Positions 30,315 through 38,899 of a DNA stretch of 64,000 nt are shown piece after piece. A model generated the notes under the pieces. The model was not told where the DNA came from, ran no database searches, and worked only from the letters and a program-made list of their open reading frames with translations. A program made the position numbers and the translations under genes. How positions within the stretch are numbered: position 1 is the first letter of the stretch; the number at the start of each line of letters is the position of its first letter. Source of the DNA: an uncultured Pelagibacteraceae bacterium. GTDB taxonomy: Bacteria; Pseudomonadota; Alphaproteobacteria; Pelagibacterales; Pelagibacteraceae. The stretch covers positions 31 to 64,030 of the forward strand of contig CACDWD010000001.1 in the NCBI GenBank assembly GCA_902556285.1, read 5' to 3'.

Positions 30315-31163
30315 ATGATAAGAATTCTTATTCTAGGTGGAACAAGATATCTAGGAAAAGCTATTGTTAATCAAATTACAAAAAAAAATTTTGAAATTGC
30401 AACTCTAAGTCGATCTGAAGAAAAAACGAAAGGTAAGCACTTTGTATGCGATAGGAAAAATAGCTCTGAGCTTAAGAAAGTTTTTATAAATTTTAGTCCA
30501 AATATAATATTGGATATGGTTAACTTTGATGGAGAAGATAGCCAAGGTATATCAAACTTGTATGAACAAGGGTTTATCAGTGAATTAAATCACTACATTA
30601 TGATTTCAAGTTTTTTTGTATACAACCATTTTGACTATCATTTATTTTCAGAAAAAAAACTGCCTGAAAATTTTAACCTGATTAATATCGATGGTTATAC
30701 AAAGCGTAAAATTCAATCAGAAGTTAGACTGTACTCATCGGAGTTGATGGATATAACGACTATATTTAGGCTTCCATTTGTTTTTTCAGCAGATGACTAC
30801 TCAAATAGGTTCCAACGCTTGTGTGAATTGTCCTCATTGGGAAGCGAGTTGATTACTGAGCCTTCATTTAAATATTCTTTAGTTCGAAAAGATGACGCAG
30901 CAAAGGCAATAATAAAAGTTTTAAATTCAAATCCCATAGGAATTACTGATCTCTCGAACGTTGGACATATAACAAGTAAAAAATTAGTAGACGTGGTAAA
31001 TGGTTCGTTTGCTTTTACTAAAAATAATGGAAATCGTGAGGTAGGCAGTTTTCCCTATCTTGTTAAAAAAGATATATGTCTCAATTCCCAGAAAATGACA
31101 ATTGATTTACCAATCCTTGAGGCTTTAAAAATCGAGGCTGAAAATTATTGGCTATCAAGATGA
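30315..31163 (+). CDS. NAD-dependent epimerase/dehydratase family protein
   Basis: ILILGGTRYLG Rossmann motif, ISS..VY, YTKRK (YxxxK). Confidence 0.8.
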   Translation: MIRILILGGTRYLGKAIVNQITKKNFEIATLSRSEEKTKGKHFVCDRKNSSELKKVFINFSPNIILDMVNFDGEDSQGISNLYEQGFISELNHYIMISSFFVYNHFDYHLFSEKKLPENFNLINIDGYTKRKIQSEVRLYSSELMDITTIFRLPFVFSADDYSNRFQRLCELSSLGSELITEPSFKYSLVRKDDAAKAIIKVLNSNPIGITDLSNVGHITSKKLVDVVNGSFAFTKNNGNREVGSFPYLVKKDICLNSQKMTIDLPILEALKIEAENYWLSR

Positions 31164-31858
31164 AGATAGCTCTCTTATCTGATATCCACTCAAACATAGA
31201 GGCTTTCAATGCAGTTTTGAGATTTATTGAGCAAAAAAACATAGACAGAATTTACGTCGCAGGTGACCTTGTGGGTTATTATTATTATGCCAACGAAGTT
31301 ATCGATTTATGCATGAATAGAGAAGATATTTTCTGCATTAGAGGTAACCATGACAGAAATTTTCTTGGCGCCATATCTGATGAAGCTCTTATGGAAAAAT
31401 TTACAAAAAAATATGGTTCATCTTACTTGCGATCAAAAGAGCAGCTGACAACATCACAAATAACTTGGTTAAAAAATCTTCCGACCAAATTGACTACAAA
31501 ACTAGATGATGTAACGTTGACACTTGCACACGGCTCCATACACGATGAGGACAAATATATCTATCCCAATGAGTCGACTGATACATTGATTGATCAACTT
31601 TCAAATAGTGACGTAACTGTGCTAGGGCATACACATCACCCTTTTATATGGTGCAATAACAATAGATATTTAATTAATCCGGGCTCTGTTGGGCAACCAA
31701 GAGACCAAAGTGCTTTAGCAAGTATTTTTGTTTTAGATACATCAAATAAGGCTATCTTGCCCTACAAAATAAATTTTTCTTGTGAACGACTTAAAAGTGA
31801 CATCTTAAGATTCGATCCAACCAACAGTTATCTAATAAGGGTTCTCGAAAGGAAGTAG
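31160..31858 (+). CDS. Metallophosphoesterase (calcineurin-like)
   Basis: SDIHSN, GDLVGY, RGNHD, HGS, GHTH, NPGSVGQPRD; ATGA overlap with upstream gene. Confidence 0.9.
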   Translation: MKIALLSDIHSNIEAFNAVLRFIEQKNIDRIYVAGDLVGYYYYANEVIDLCMNREDIFCIRGNHDRNFLGAISDEALMEKFTKKYGSSYLRSKEQLTTSQITWLKNLPTKLTTKLDDVTLTLAHGSIHDEDKYIYPNESTDTLIDQLSNSDVTVLGHTHHPFIWCNNNRYLINPGSVGQPRDQSALASIFVLDTSNKAILPYKINFSCERLKSDILRFDPTNSYLIRVLERK

Positions 31859-31860
31859 CA

Positions 31861-32808
31861 ATGAAAGTTCTTGTTAGTGGAGTTGCAGGAGATATTGGGT
31901 TTTGCATAGGTCGAATTCTAAAGGAATGGAGTTTTTTTGAAAATTTACATGGTGTTGATATATCAGAAGATCACCCAGGTTCACTAATATTTGATGAAGT
32001 GGGAGTCGCTCCCCGTGCAAATGCAGACAATTATCTAGAATGGTTGACAGATTATATCTTAACAAACCAAATTGATTTATTTGTTCCTACGAGTGAAGCA
32101 GAAATTTTTACTATTTCAAATAACCTCTCAGCTATTAAATCAATTTGTAAAGTACTAATAAATGATGAGGTTTTGATAAAAAATTCTCTTGATAAAAATA
32201 AAACTCTAAAATACTTAAACACTGCTGGGATAAAGGTGCCCGCCCACGGAATAGTTGGCGTTGGTGATAAACCCATGCAGTATCCTGTGATCGCCAAGCC
32301 TAGAAGAGGACAAGGTAGTAAAGGGCTTCGCAAAATATCAACAGATTCAGAGCTTATAAAGCTTACTGAAAGGTATGTCTGGCAGGAATATTTAACACCT
32401 GATGACGAGGAATATACATGCGCAGTTTACGTGTCTAAAGAATTAAAAAGCAGAATATTATTATTAAAAAGAGTTTTAGTAGGTGGTTATACGGGTAGAG
32501 CTATTGTTGTGAAAAACATAGAAATTGAGGAGTATGTTAAACAAATAATTGAGGCTTGGAATGTAGCAGGTCTTTACAACATACAACTTCGTTTAACCGA
32601 CGATGGCCCTAAACTCTTTGAAATCAACCCGCGTGTTTCAAGCACTGTCGTTTTTAGAGATAAGCTTGGGTTTAAAGATTTAAAGTGGTGGGTTTTAGAA
32701 ACACTGGGGATGGAGCTTCCTAATTACGAGGAAGTTTGTGCCGGCACTAGAATGTACAGAGGCAACACTGAATATATAATAAGCGCTCGTGAAGTATCCG
32801 AAGAGTAA
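31861..32808 (+). CDS. ATP-grasp domain protein (CarB-like ligase)
   Basis: DK..T, YPVIAKPRRGQGSKG, QEYL...EEYT, NIQ, FEINPRVS. Confidence 0.85.
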   Translation: MKVLVSGVAGDIGFCIGRILKEWSFFENLHGVDISEDHPGSLIFDEVGVAPRANADNYLEWLTDYILTNQIDLFVPTSEAEIFTISNNLSAIKSICKVLINDEVLIKNSLDKNKTLKYLNTAGIKVPAHGIVGVGDKPMQYPVIAKPRRGQGSKGLRKISTDSELIKLTERYVWQEYLTPDDEEYTCAVYVSKELKSRILLLKRVLVGGYTGRAIVVKNIEIEEYVKQIIEAWNVAGLYNIQLRLTDDGPKLFEINPRVSSTVVFRDKLGFKDLKWWVLETLGMELPNYEEVCAGTRMYRGNTEYIISAREVSEE

Positions 32809-32872
32809 TTGACATGAATTTTGAACTTGTTATCTTACCTTTGGCGCAAATAGAATAGAAAGATTAAAGCTG

Positions 32873-33916
32873 ATGTTTGAGATCAATGGTAGGAAAGTTG
32901 GAGTTTATGAAAAGCCATATGTTATTGCAGAGTTGTCAGCCAACCATGGTGGAAAAATTGAGTCTGCGAAGCTTGCGATTAAAATTGCAAAAGACAGTGG
33001 TGCATGTGCAGTAAAAATTCAAACCTATACTCCAGATACAATGACAATCGACTCTGATAAGCCTGACTTTAAAATTCATCATGGTCTTTGGAAAGGGTAT
33101 ACTCTCCACAATTTATACAAGGAAGCATATACGCCCTTTGAATGGCATAAAGAATTATTTGATTATGCTGCTGAACAGGGGATAACACTTTTTTCATCTC
33201 CTTTTGATGAGACTGCAGTTGATCTACTTCAAGAATTAAATGCTCCAGCATACAAAATAGCATCATTCGAGCTAATAGACTTACCCTTGATTAAAAGAGC
33301 TGCTGAATGTGGCAAACCCCTCCTTATGTCTACAGGCATGGCAAGTATTGCTGAAGTAGCAGAAGCTTTGGATGTTGCAATTAAGTATGGTTGTGGTGAA
33401 GTGCTTTTGTTTCATTGTATTAGTAGCTATCCAGCACCAATTACAGACTCCAATCTTAAAAACATAGAGTTCTTAAGGAAAGAATTTGGAGTTGAAGTTG
33501 GGCTATCGGATCATACTATATCGAGTCTTGCATCTACACTTGCAATAGGGTTAGGTGCAACAGCAATTGAGAAGCACTTTAAACCAACAGATGGCATGTC
33601 TGGTCCAGACACAAGTTTTTCTATTACTCCTAGCCAGTTGAGTGCCTTGATTAATGATTGTAATGACGCTTGGAATGCACTCGGTAGATCTGGATTTCAT
33701 AGATCTACTGCAGAGGAAGACTCTCGTAAATATCGTCGTTCTCTGTATTTTATGAGTAACTTAAGGAAGGGAGATGTCGTACAATCTGGTGACATTAGAG
33801 CCATACGTCCTGGATTTGGTCTTTCACCTAAACACTTTGACACAGTAGTTGGAAAAGCAGTTTGCTGTGATGTTGAAAGGGGTGATCCGGTAACACTTGA
33901 AGTAATTGAGTCCTAA
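32873..33916 (+). CDS. pseI: Pseudaminic acid synthase-like (NeuB family with SAF domain)
   Basis: IAELSANHGG, KIQTYTPDTMT, YKIASFE, STGMA, GLSDHT, IEKHF, IRPGFGL; TTGACA-N16-TATCTT promoter-like site at 32809-32836. Confidence 0.82.
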   Translation: MFEINGRKVGVYEKPYVIAELSANHGGKIESAKLAIKIAKDSGACAVKIQTYTPDTMTIDSDKPDFKIHHGLWKGYTLHNLYKEAYTPFEWHKELFDYAAEQGITLFSSPFDETAVDLLQELNAPAYKIASFELIDLPLIKRAAECGKPLLMSTGMASIAEVAEALDVAIKYGCGEVLLFHCISSYPAPITDSNLKNIEFLRKEFGVEVGLSDHTISSLASTLAIGLGATAIEKHFKPTDGMSGPDTSFSITPSQLSALINDCNDAWNALGRSGFHRSTAEEDSRKYRRSLYFMSNLRKGDVVQSGDIRAIRPGFGLSPKHFDTVVGKAVCCDVERGDPVTLEVIES

Positions 33917-33981
33917 ATGAGAGATTGGTATAACAGTCAAAAGAAACCAAGCTATGACTATCTTAAGTTGCTGCAAGAATG
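33917..33981 (+). repeat. Copy A of 65-bp degenerate direct repeat
   Basis: Aligns without gaps to 34909-34973 at 49/65 identity (hand count). Confidence 0.75.
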
Positions 33982-34015
33982 CTAAAAGGTTTGTTGGTTG
34001 AAGGTAGGAAGAAAA

Positions 34016-34897
34016 ATGAAAACTAAATTTTCTTTAAAAAAACACGCTCTTGGATTTTATGAAATTCACCCCAAGCCTTCACTCAGTGAACTTAGTGAAC
34101 ATTATGCAAAAAAGTATTATCAAGAAAATAGTGGCTCTTATGCACATACCTACTCAGATGAAGAATTACGATACTTTGACGTATGTGGTGAGATTGCGCT
34201 TAGAACCATTCATAGATACAAAGTGCCAACGTCTCAAACTCTATTAGACTTGGGGTGTGGGGAAGGTTTTTTTGCAAAAGTTTTCAGTAAAGAAGGTTGG
34301 AAAACTACTTTAGTTGATTTCTCAGATGATGGTTTGAGTAGGCACAATCCATCACTCCTTAAAAATTTTATTCAATCAGACTTGATGACTTACATTGAAA
34401 ATAAGCGTGAAGAGCTGAGTGTATTTGATTTAATAAATCTGGACAATGTATTAGAGCACGTAATTGATCCAGTGAGATTATTAAGCAATCTCAAGGCCAA
34501 TATGCAGTCTGATGCAATTTTGCGAATAGAAGTGCCAAATGATTTTTCATCATTTCAAGGTTTACTTGTCAAATTAGGTTGCACAAAAGAGACTTGGGTT
34601 AATCCTCCAGAACACTTGAGTTACTTTAATGCAAGTAGTTTGAAAGCACTTCTGGAAAACCAAGGTTTTGAACTAGTTTCTTTGCAAACTGATTTTCCAA
34701 TGGAACAATTTCTAATTAATGAGCACTCAAATTATTGGAAGAACCGAAAATTAGGAAAAGGAGCGCATCTAACAAGAGTTATAGTTACTAATTATCTGGC
34801 AGAAAAAAATTTGGATAGGTTGCTGGATTATCAAGAAGCTGCTGCTGATCTTGAATTTGGAAGATTACTTACTGCATATGCTAGGGTTGCGCGATAG
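34016..34897 (+). CDS. Class I SAM-dependent methyltransferase
   Basis: LLDLGCGEGFF, VLEHV.DP, IEVPND, PPEHLSYF. Confidence 0.9.
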   Translation: MKTKFSLKKHALGFYEIHPKPSLSELSEHYAKKYYQENSGSYAHTYSDEELRYFDVCGEIALRTIHRYKVPTSQTLLDLGCGEGFFAKVFSKEGWKTTLVDFSDDGLSRHNPSLLKNFIQSDLMTYIENKREELSVFDLINLDNVLEHVIDPVRLLSNLKANMQSDAILRIEVPNDFSSFQGLLVKLGCTKETWVNPPEHLSYFNASSLKALLENQGFELVSLQTDFPMEQFLINEHSNYWKNRKLGKGAHLTRVIVTNYLAEKNLDRLLDYQEAAADLEFGRLLTAYARVAR

Positions 34898-34908
34898 CTG
34901 TTAAACAA

Positions 34909-34973
34909 ATGACTGAATGGTAAGACAATCAAAAGGAATCAAGCAGTAACTTACGGAAGTTACTGCAAGAATG
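34909..34973 (+). repeat. Copy B of 65-bp degenerate direct repeat (contains a 10-bp hairpin)
   Basis: Matches 33917-33981; internal GCAGTAACTT-ACGG-AAGTTACTGC stem-loop at 34943-34966. Confidence 0.75.
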
Positions 34974-35205
34974 AATAAAAAAAGCTAATCCACGTCGATA
35001 ACTCACTTCTGAAGAAGCTAAGCGACCTACAAGGTTATAAATTACAATACGGTTATAAGTAAATATGTTTATTATCTTCGCGTAAAAGATAATCTCAAAA
35101 GATTTAAAGGAAAATATACTATTAAATAAATCACACCCTTGTCGTACACTCCAAAAAAACATAATATTCACTCAACTAAATAAGGAGTAATAGTGTACGC
35201 ATATA

Positions 35206-35259
35206 ACTCAAAATTGTGTTTCGCAAGAGGTGAGAGTTTGACTCTCTCTTCGCCCACCA
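35206..35259 (+). repeat. Degenerate duplicate of tRNA-Leu 3' 54 nt (att-like island boundary)
   Basis: 50/54 identity to 29837-29890, ending TTCGCCCACCA; 5' acceptor strand and D arm absent. Confidence 0.92.
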
Positions 35260-35265
35260 TAAAAT

Positions 35266-36996
35266 ATGAATTTAGATAAATTAAATAACTTAATAGAATT
35301 GTTTTCTTATCAAGCAGAAAAACAAAATAAAGAAAGTATTTTTTTACAATGGTTAAATCCAAATAATAAAAAATCATATACATGGGAGGATACACAAAAA
35401 AATATTTTAAAATTATCAAAAATTATCAAAGAAAATATAAAAGAAGGTGACAGATGTCTTTTAGTTTCAGAAAATAGACCAGAATGGTTTGTGTCAGATA
35501 TGGCAATAATGTTATCAGGTGGAATTACCGTTCCTGCTTACACCACATATACAGAAGAGGATTATAAATATTTAATTGAAGATTGTGAACCTAGCTTAAT
35601 TATAGTCTCAAACAATGAGCTGCTAAAAAAATTAAATAATACAATTAATGAAAAAAGATTTATTAAAAAAGTTATAACATTAGATGAAGTTAATAACGTA
35701 ATTCATGATTTAGATATAATTAATAAAGATAAATATCTTGATTTTAATCTCATATTAAAAAATGATTTATTAGGTGAAGATAAAATTCAAAATGAAAAAT
35801 TAAAAAGAAATTCTCCTGCTTGTATAATTTATACATCAGGAACCGGAGGAAATCCTAAAGGTGTAATCTTAAGTCATGGTGGAATTTTAAATAATCTTGT
35901 AGGAGCATGTGAAATTATGAAGCCATTATTTAGCTCTAGACCTGTATTTTTGACCTGGCTTCCCCTATCCCATTCCTATGAGCATTGTGTGCAATTTGCC
36001 CAGATAGCTGTAGGGGCAAAGGTATTTTATGCAGAAAAAATAGAAAAACTTTTAGAAAATATATCTGAAGCAAAACCAACAATTATGACAGCTGTTCCAA
36101 GATTTTATCAAAATCTTTACAACAAAATAAATATCAATTTAAAAAAACAAACTGGTTTTAAAAAAAAACTAATAGAAGAAACTCTACGGCTGGGTAAGAA
36201 AAAATTATTAAATCAAAAAATGACTTTTTTTGAAAAATTACTCAATTTGATAGTTGAAACATTAGTTAGAAAAAAAATAAAAAAACAGTTTGGAGGAAAT
36301 TTAAAAGCTTTTGTTTCTGGAGGAGGTGCATTGGATCAAGAAATAGGGGAATTTTTGAATTCTGTTGGGCTACCTACTCTACAAGGATATGGTTTAACTG
36401 AAACATCCCCGGTTGTAAGTTGTAACCCCATACACAAGATAAAAGTGGAAACTGTAGGACCTCCATTTCAAGGTAATGAAGTCAAAATTGCTGAAGATGG
36501 AGAAATTTTGGTTAAAGGTGAAAATGTAATGCTAGGATATTGGAATAAAAAAGAAGAAACTAGAAAAGTAATTATAAATGGATGGCTACATACAGGCGAT
36601 ATAGGAGAGATAGATCCAAATGACGGCTATTTAAAAATAACAGATAGAAAAAAAGATATAATAGTAAGTGCTGGCGGAGATAACATTTCACCTGCTAAAA
36701 TTGAAAATATGATTGCGAATGAACCAGAAATAGATCAATGTATGGTTTATGGTGATAAAAAAAATTACTTAGTTGCTTTAATTGTTCCTAATAAAGATTT
36801 TTTAAATGAAAAAGAAAAAATAAATAAAGTAATTGAAAAAATTAATAAAAAATTAACTTTACTAGAAAAGATAAAAAGAATTCAATTAATAGATGAAAAT
36901 TTTTCTATTGAAAATGGTTTAATGACACCAACCATGAAAGTAAAAAGAAAAAAAGTTACAGAAAAATATAAAAATCAGTTAGAAAATCTTTATTAA
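35266..36996 (+). CDS. Long-chain fatty acid-CoA ligase (AMP-dependent synthetase)
   Basis: IIYTSGTGGNPKGV, LPLSHSYE, QGYGLTETSP, GWLHTGDIG, DRKKD. Confidence 0.9.
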   Translation: MNLDKLNNLIELFSYQAEKQNKESIFLQWLNPNNKKSYTWEDTQKNILKLSKIIKENIKEGDRCLLVSENRPEWFVSDMAIMLSGGITVPAYTTYTEEDYKYLIEDCEPSLIIVSNNELLKKLNNTINEKRFIKKVITLDEVNNVIHDLDIINKDKYLDFNLILKNDLLGEDKIQNEKLKRNSPACIIYTSGTGGNPKGVILSHGGILNNLVGACEIMKPLFSSRPVFLTWLPLSHSYEHCVQFAQIAVGAKVFYAEKIEKLLENISEAKPTIMTAVPRFYQNLYNKININLKKQTGFKKKLIEETLRLGKKKLLNQKMTFFEKLLNLIVETLVRKKIKKQFGGNLKAFVSGGGALDQEIGEFLNSVGLPTLQGYGLTETSPVVSCNPIHKIKVETVGPPFQGNEVKIAEDGEILVKGENVMLGYWNKKEETRKVIINGWLHTGDIGEIDPNDGYLKITDRKKDIIVSAGGDNISPAKIENMIANEPEIDQCMVYGDKKNYLVALIVPNKDFLNEKEKINKVIEKINKKLTLLEKIKRIQLIDENFSIENGLMTPTMKVKRKKVTEKYKNQLENLY

Positions 36997-37089
36997 ACTA
37001 TTTAATCAATATTGTTTATTAACCGCATAAACATTAACTAAATTAATAAAAAAAAGTTTAAAAATAAAAAATTAAAAATAATTAAAGAA

Positions 37090-37164
37090 TTGACATAACT
37101 TACATAAAAAAATAAAAATATATTAATAGCGAATCAATTTGATTCGTTTAACTAAAAAAGGGAG
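37090..37164 (+). promoter_or_regulatory. Promoter, palindrome and RBS of the small basic-peptide gene
   Basis: TTGACA 37090-37095; CGAATCAA-T-TTGATTCG palindrome 37130-37146; GGGAG 37160-37164. Confidence 0.65.
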
Positions 37165-37170
37165 CTAAAG

Positions 37171-37260
37171 ATGCCTAAGAAAAGAAAAAAAGCTGCAAAG
37201 AAAACTAAGAAAAAAGCTAAGAAAAAAGCTAAGAAAGCAAAAAAAAGAAGAAGAAAATAG
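37171..37260 (+). CDS. 29-aa Lys/Arg/Ala-rich histone H1/protamine-like peptide (not in ORF track)
   Basis: MPKKRKKAAKKTKKKAKKKAKKAKKRRRK*; GGGAG RBS 6 nt before ATG; upstream TTGACA; downstream terminator. Confidence 0.8.
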   Translation: MPKKRKKAAKKTKKKAKKKAKKAKKRRRK

Positions 37261-37278
37261 TAACTTAGTATTCTTTAC

Positions 37279-37322
37279 AAAAAACGCTTCTCATTACAGC
37301 TTGTGTGAGAGGCGTTTTTTTT
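37279..37322. terminator. Bidirectional intrinsic terminator between the basic-peptide gene and carD
   Basis: AAAAAACGCTTCTCA...TGAGAGGCGTTTTTTT; A-run before and T-run after the stem. Confidence 0.85.
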
Positions 37323-38208
37323 ATTCTTCAATTTGTTCGTCGTTATCAGAAATTGGCTCATCCACAGTTAATTCACTAGAAGAAGTTTTAGCAACTACTG
37401 CTGGTTGACTTTGTGCACTCAAGTTTCTCTTTAGCACTTTATCTAATTTTTTTTGTGTATCTTCTGAAGATATATTTAGCACAATCTGAAATTCAGACAA
37501 AATTCTATCATAAGCTTTTTCAAACAATTGTCTTTCACTATATGATTGATCAACCATAAGATCATCACCTTTATTTAAATCTCTAACAACTTCAGCTAAT
37601 TCGTATATTTTTCCTGAAGAAATTTTGGCTTCATATTCTTGTGCTCTTCGACTCCACATTGATCTTTTAATTTTTGGTTTACTTTTTAATATTGAAATGC
37701 ACTTGTTAACTTGGTTAATAGTTGCTAACGGTCGTAGATGAGACTGCTTGTTTACAGGGACCATTCCATTAGCTTTATCCTTTTCAAATTTAATAACATA
37801 TGTTTCAACATCAATTCCACCAATATTAATTTTTTTAAATTCAGTAATTTGGCCAACTCCATGTTTTGGATAAACAATATGGTCTTTAATTTTGTATTCT
37901 CTTTTTTCAGTTTCTTGTTTTTTGACCTTTTTAATCTCTGGTTTAACTTCATTTGCTTTTGAAATTCTTAAATTATCTATTTTAGATTCAGCTTGTTCCT
38001 CTTCAATTTTAATTTTTTTTTTTCTTTTATTTGTTTTAGGAGAAACTTTATCTAAAATTTTTTTAGTTTTTCTTGAAACTATTTTTTTAGCTTTTGCTTT
38101 TTTTTTTGCTTTTACGACTTTTTTTTTTGAAACTTTTTTTCTCACTTTTTTATTTGTTTTACTTTTAAAGATTTTCTTTAAAATATTTTTCGTACTTATT
38201 TTGCTCAT
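37321..38208 (-). CDS. carD: CarD/CdnL family RNA polymerase-binding regulator with Lys-rich N-terminal extension
   Basis: [20 protein letters not shown] (conserved Trp), [17 protein letters not shown]; start uncertain (44-nt overlap with fdxA). Confidence 0.88.
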   Translation of the reverse strand: MSKISTKNILKKIFKSKTNKKVRKKVSKKKVVKAKKKAKAKKIVSRKTKKILDKVSPKTNKRKKKIKIEEEQAESKIDNLRISKANEVKPEIKKVKKQETEKREYKIKDHIVYPKHGVGQITEFKKINIGGIDVETYVIKFEKDKANGMVPVNKQSHLRPLATINQVNKCISILKSKPKIKRSMWSRRAQEYEAKISSGKIYELAEVVRDLNKGDDLMVDQSYSERQLFEKAYDRILSEFQIVLNISSEDTQKKLDKVLKRNLSAQSQPAVVAKTSSSELTVDEPISDNDEQIEE

Positions 38209-38491
38209 TTTTAAATTTTTCGTGATCCGCTGGTGGATCTTTTTTTACACTTATGTTAGGCCAGATTTCAGAATATTTTTTATTGATCTCTAACCATTTT
38301 TCACTTCCAGGCTCAGTGTCTGCTTTTATGGCATCGACAGGACATTCTGGCTCGCAAACGCCACAATCTATACACTCATCGGGTTTAATTACAAGCATAT
38401 TTTTACCTTCGTAAAAGCAATCAACTGGGCAGACATCAACACAGTCTGTTAGTTTGCACTTAATACAATTATCGTTAACGATATATGTCAT
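38165..38491 (-). CDS. fdxA: 7Fe ferredoxin
   Basis: [30 protein letters not shown]. Confidence 0.95.
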   Translation of the reverse strand: MTYIVNDNCIKCKLTDCVDVCPVDCFYEGKNMLVIKPDECIDCGVCEPECPVDAIKADTEPGSEKWLEINKKYSEIWPNISVKKDPPADHEKFKNEQNKYEKYFKENL

Positions 38492-38898
38492 TATGAATTT
38501 TGTTTAATTTTTTCTTTAATATCGCCCATAGTTTTATTGTCAATATAAAGTAGCCCCGCAAGTCGTCTCATTAAATTAGTTTCATACATATCAGCATCTT
38601 TATTTGAATAAATTATAGACCATAATGCCTCTACGATTTTAATTTTATTTTTCTCAGGTAAACCTTTTACTTCTCGAGTAAAATCTAAAATTTGATTTGA
38701 GCTTTCCTCAATTATTTTTGCTTCTTTAACTGTTTTAGAAATATTTTGATCTTCTACACCTAGCTCACTAAGTGTTTTTTTAATAATTTCTTCTTCTTTA
38801 TCTGTATAATTCTCATCAATTTTAGCAGCATGAATTAATAAAGCACAAACTTTTGTTAGAAATTTATTATTTTTTACTTCTTCCTTTTTAAAAAACAT
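38491..38898 (-). CDS. TerB-like family protein
   Basis: [17 protein letters not shown]......E.N..RRLAGLL. Confidence 0.7.
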   Translation of the reverse strand: MFFKKEEVKNNKFLTKVCALLIHAAKIDENYTDKEEEIIKKTLSELGVEDQNISKTVKEAKIIEESSNQILDFTREVKGLPEKNKIKIVEALWSIIYSNKDADMYETNLMRRLAGLLYIDNKTMGDIKEKIKQNS

Positions 38899-38899
38899 T

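Larger units (their letters stand above)
29891..35259 (+). mobile_element. tRNA-Leu-anchored genomic island (~5.4 kb, no integrase) carrying surface-glycan genes
   Basis: Bounded by the tRNA and a degenerate direct repeat of its 3' part; cargo looks less AT-rich, with more CGN Arg codons than flanking genes (judged by eye). Confidence 0.8.

Noticed and set aside
34929-35171. 80-aa minus-strand ORF at the island's right end as an integrase remnant
   Set aside because: No recognisable tyrosine- or serine-recombinase motifs; composition looks like non-coding DNA
35197-35259. Second tRNA-Leu gene
   Set aside because: It lacks the 5' acceptor strand and D arm and has a mutated T-loop (GTTTGAC); treated as an att-like remnant
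38491-38898. TerB-like gene as a tellurite-resistance or anti-phage ter cluster
   Set aside because: Single gene inside the helicase-fdxA-carD run with no other ter genes
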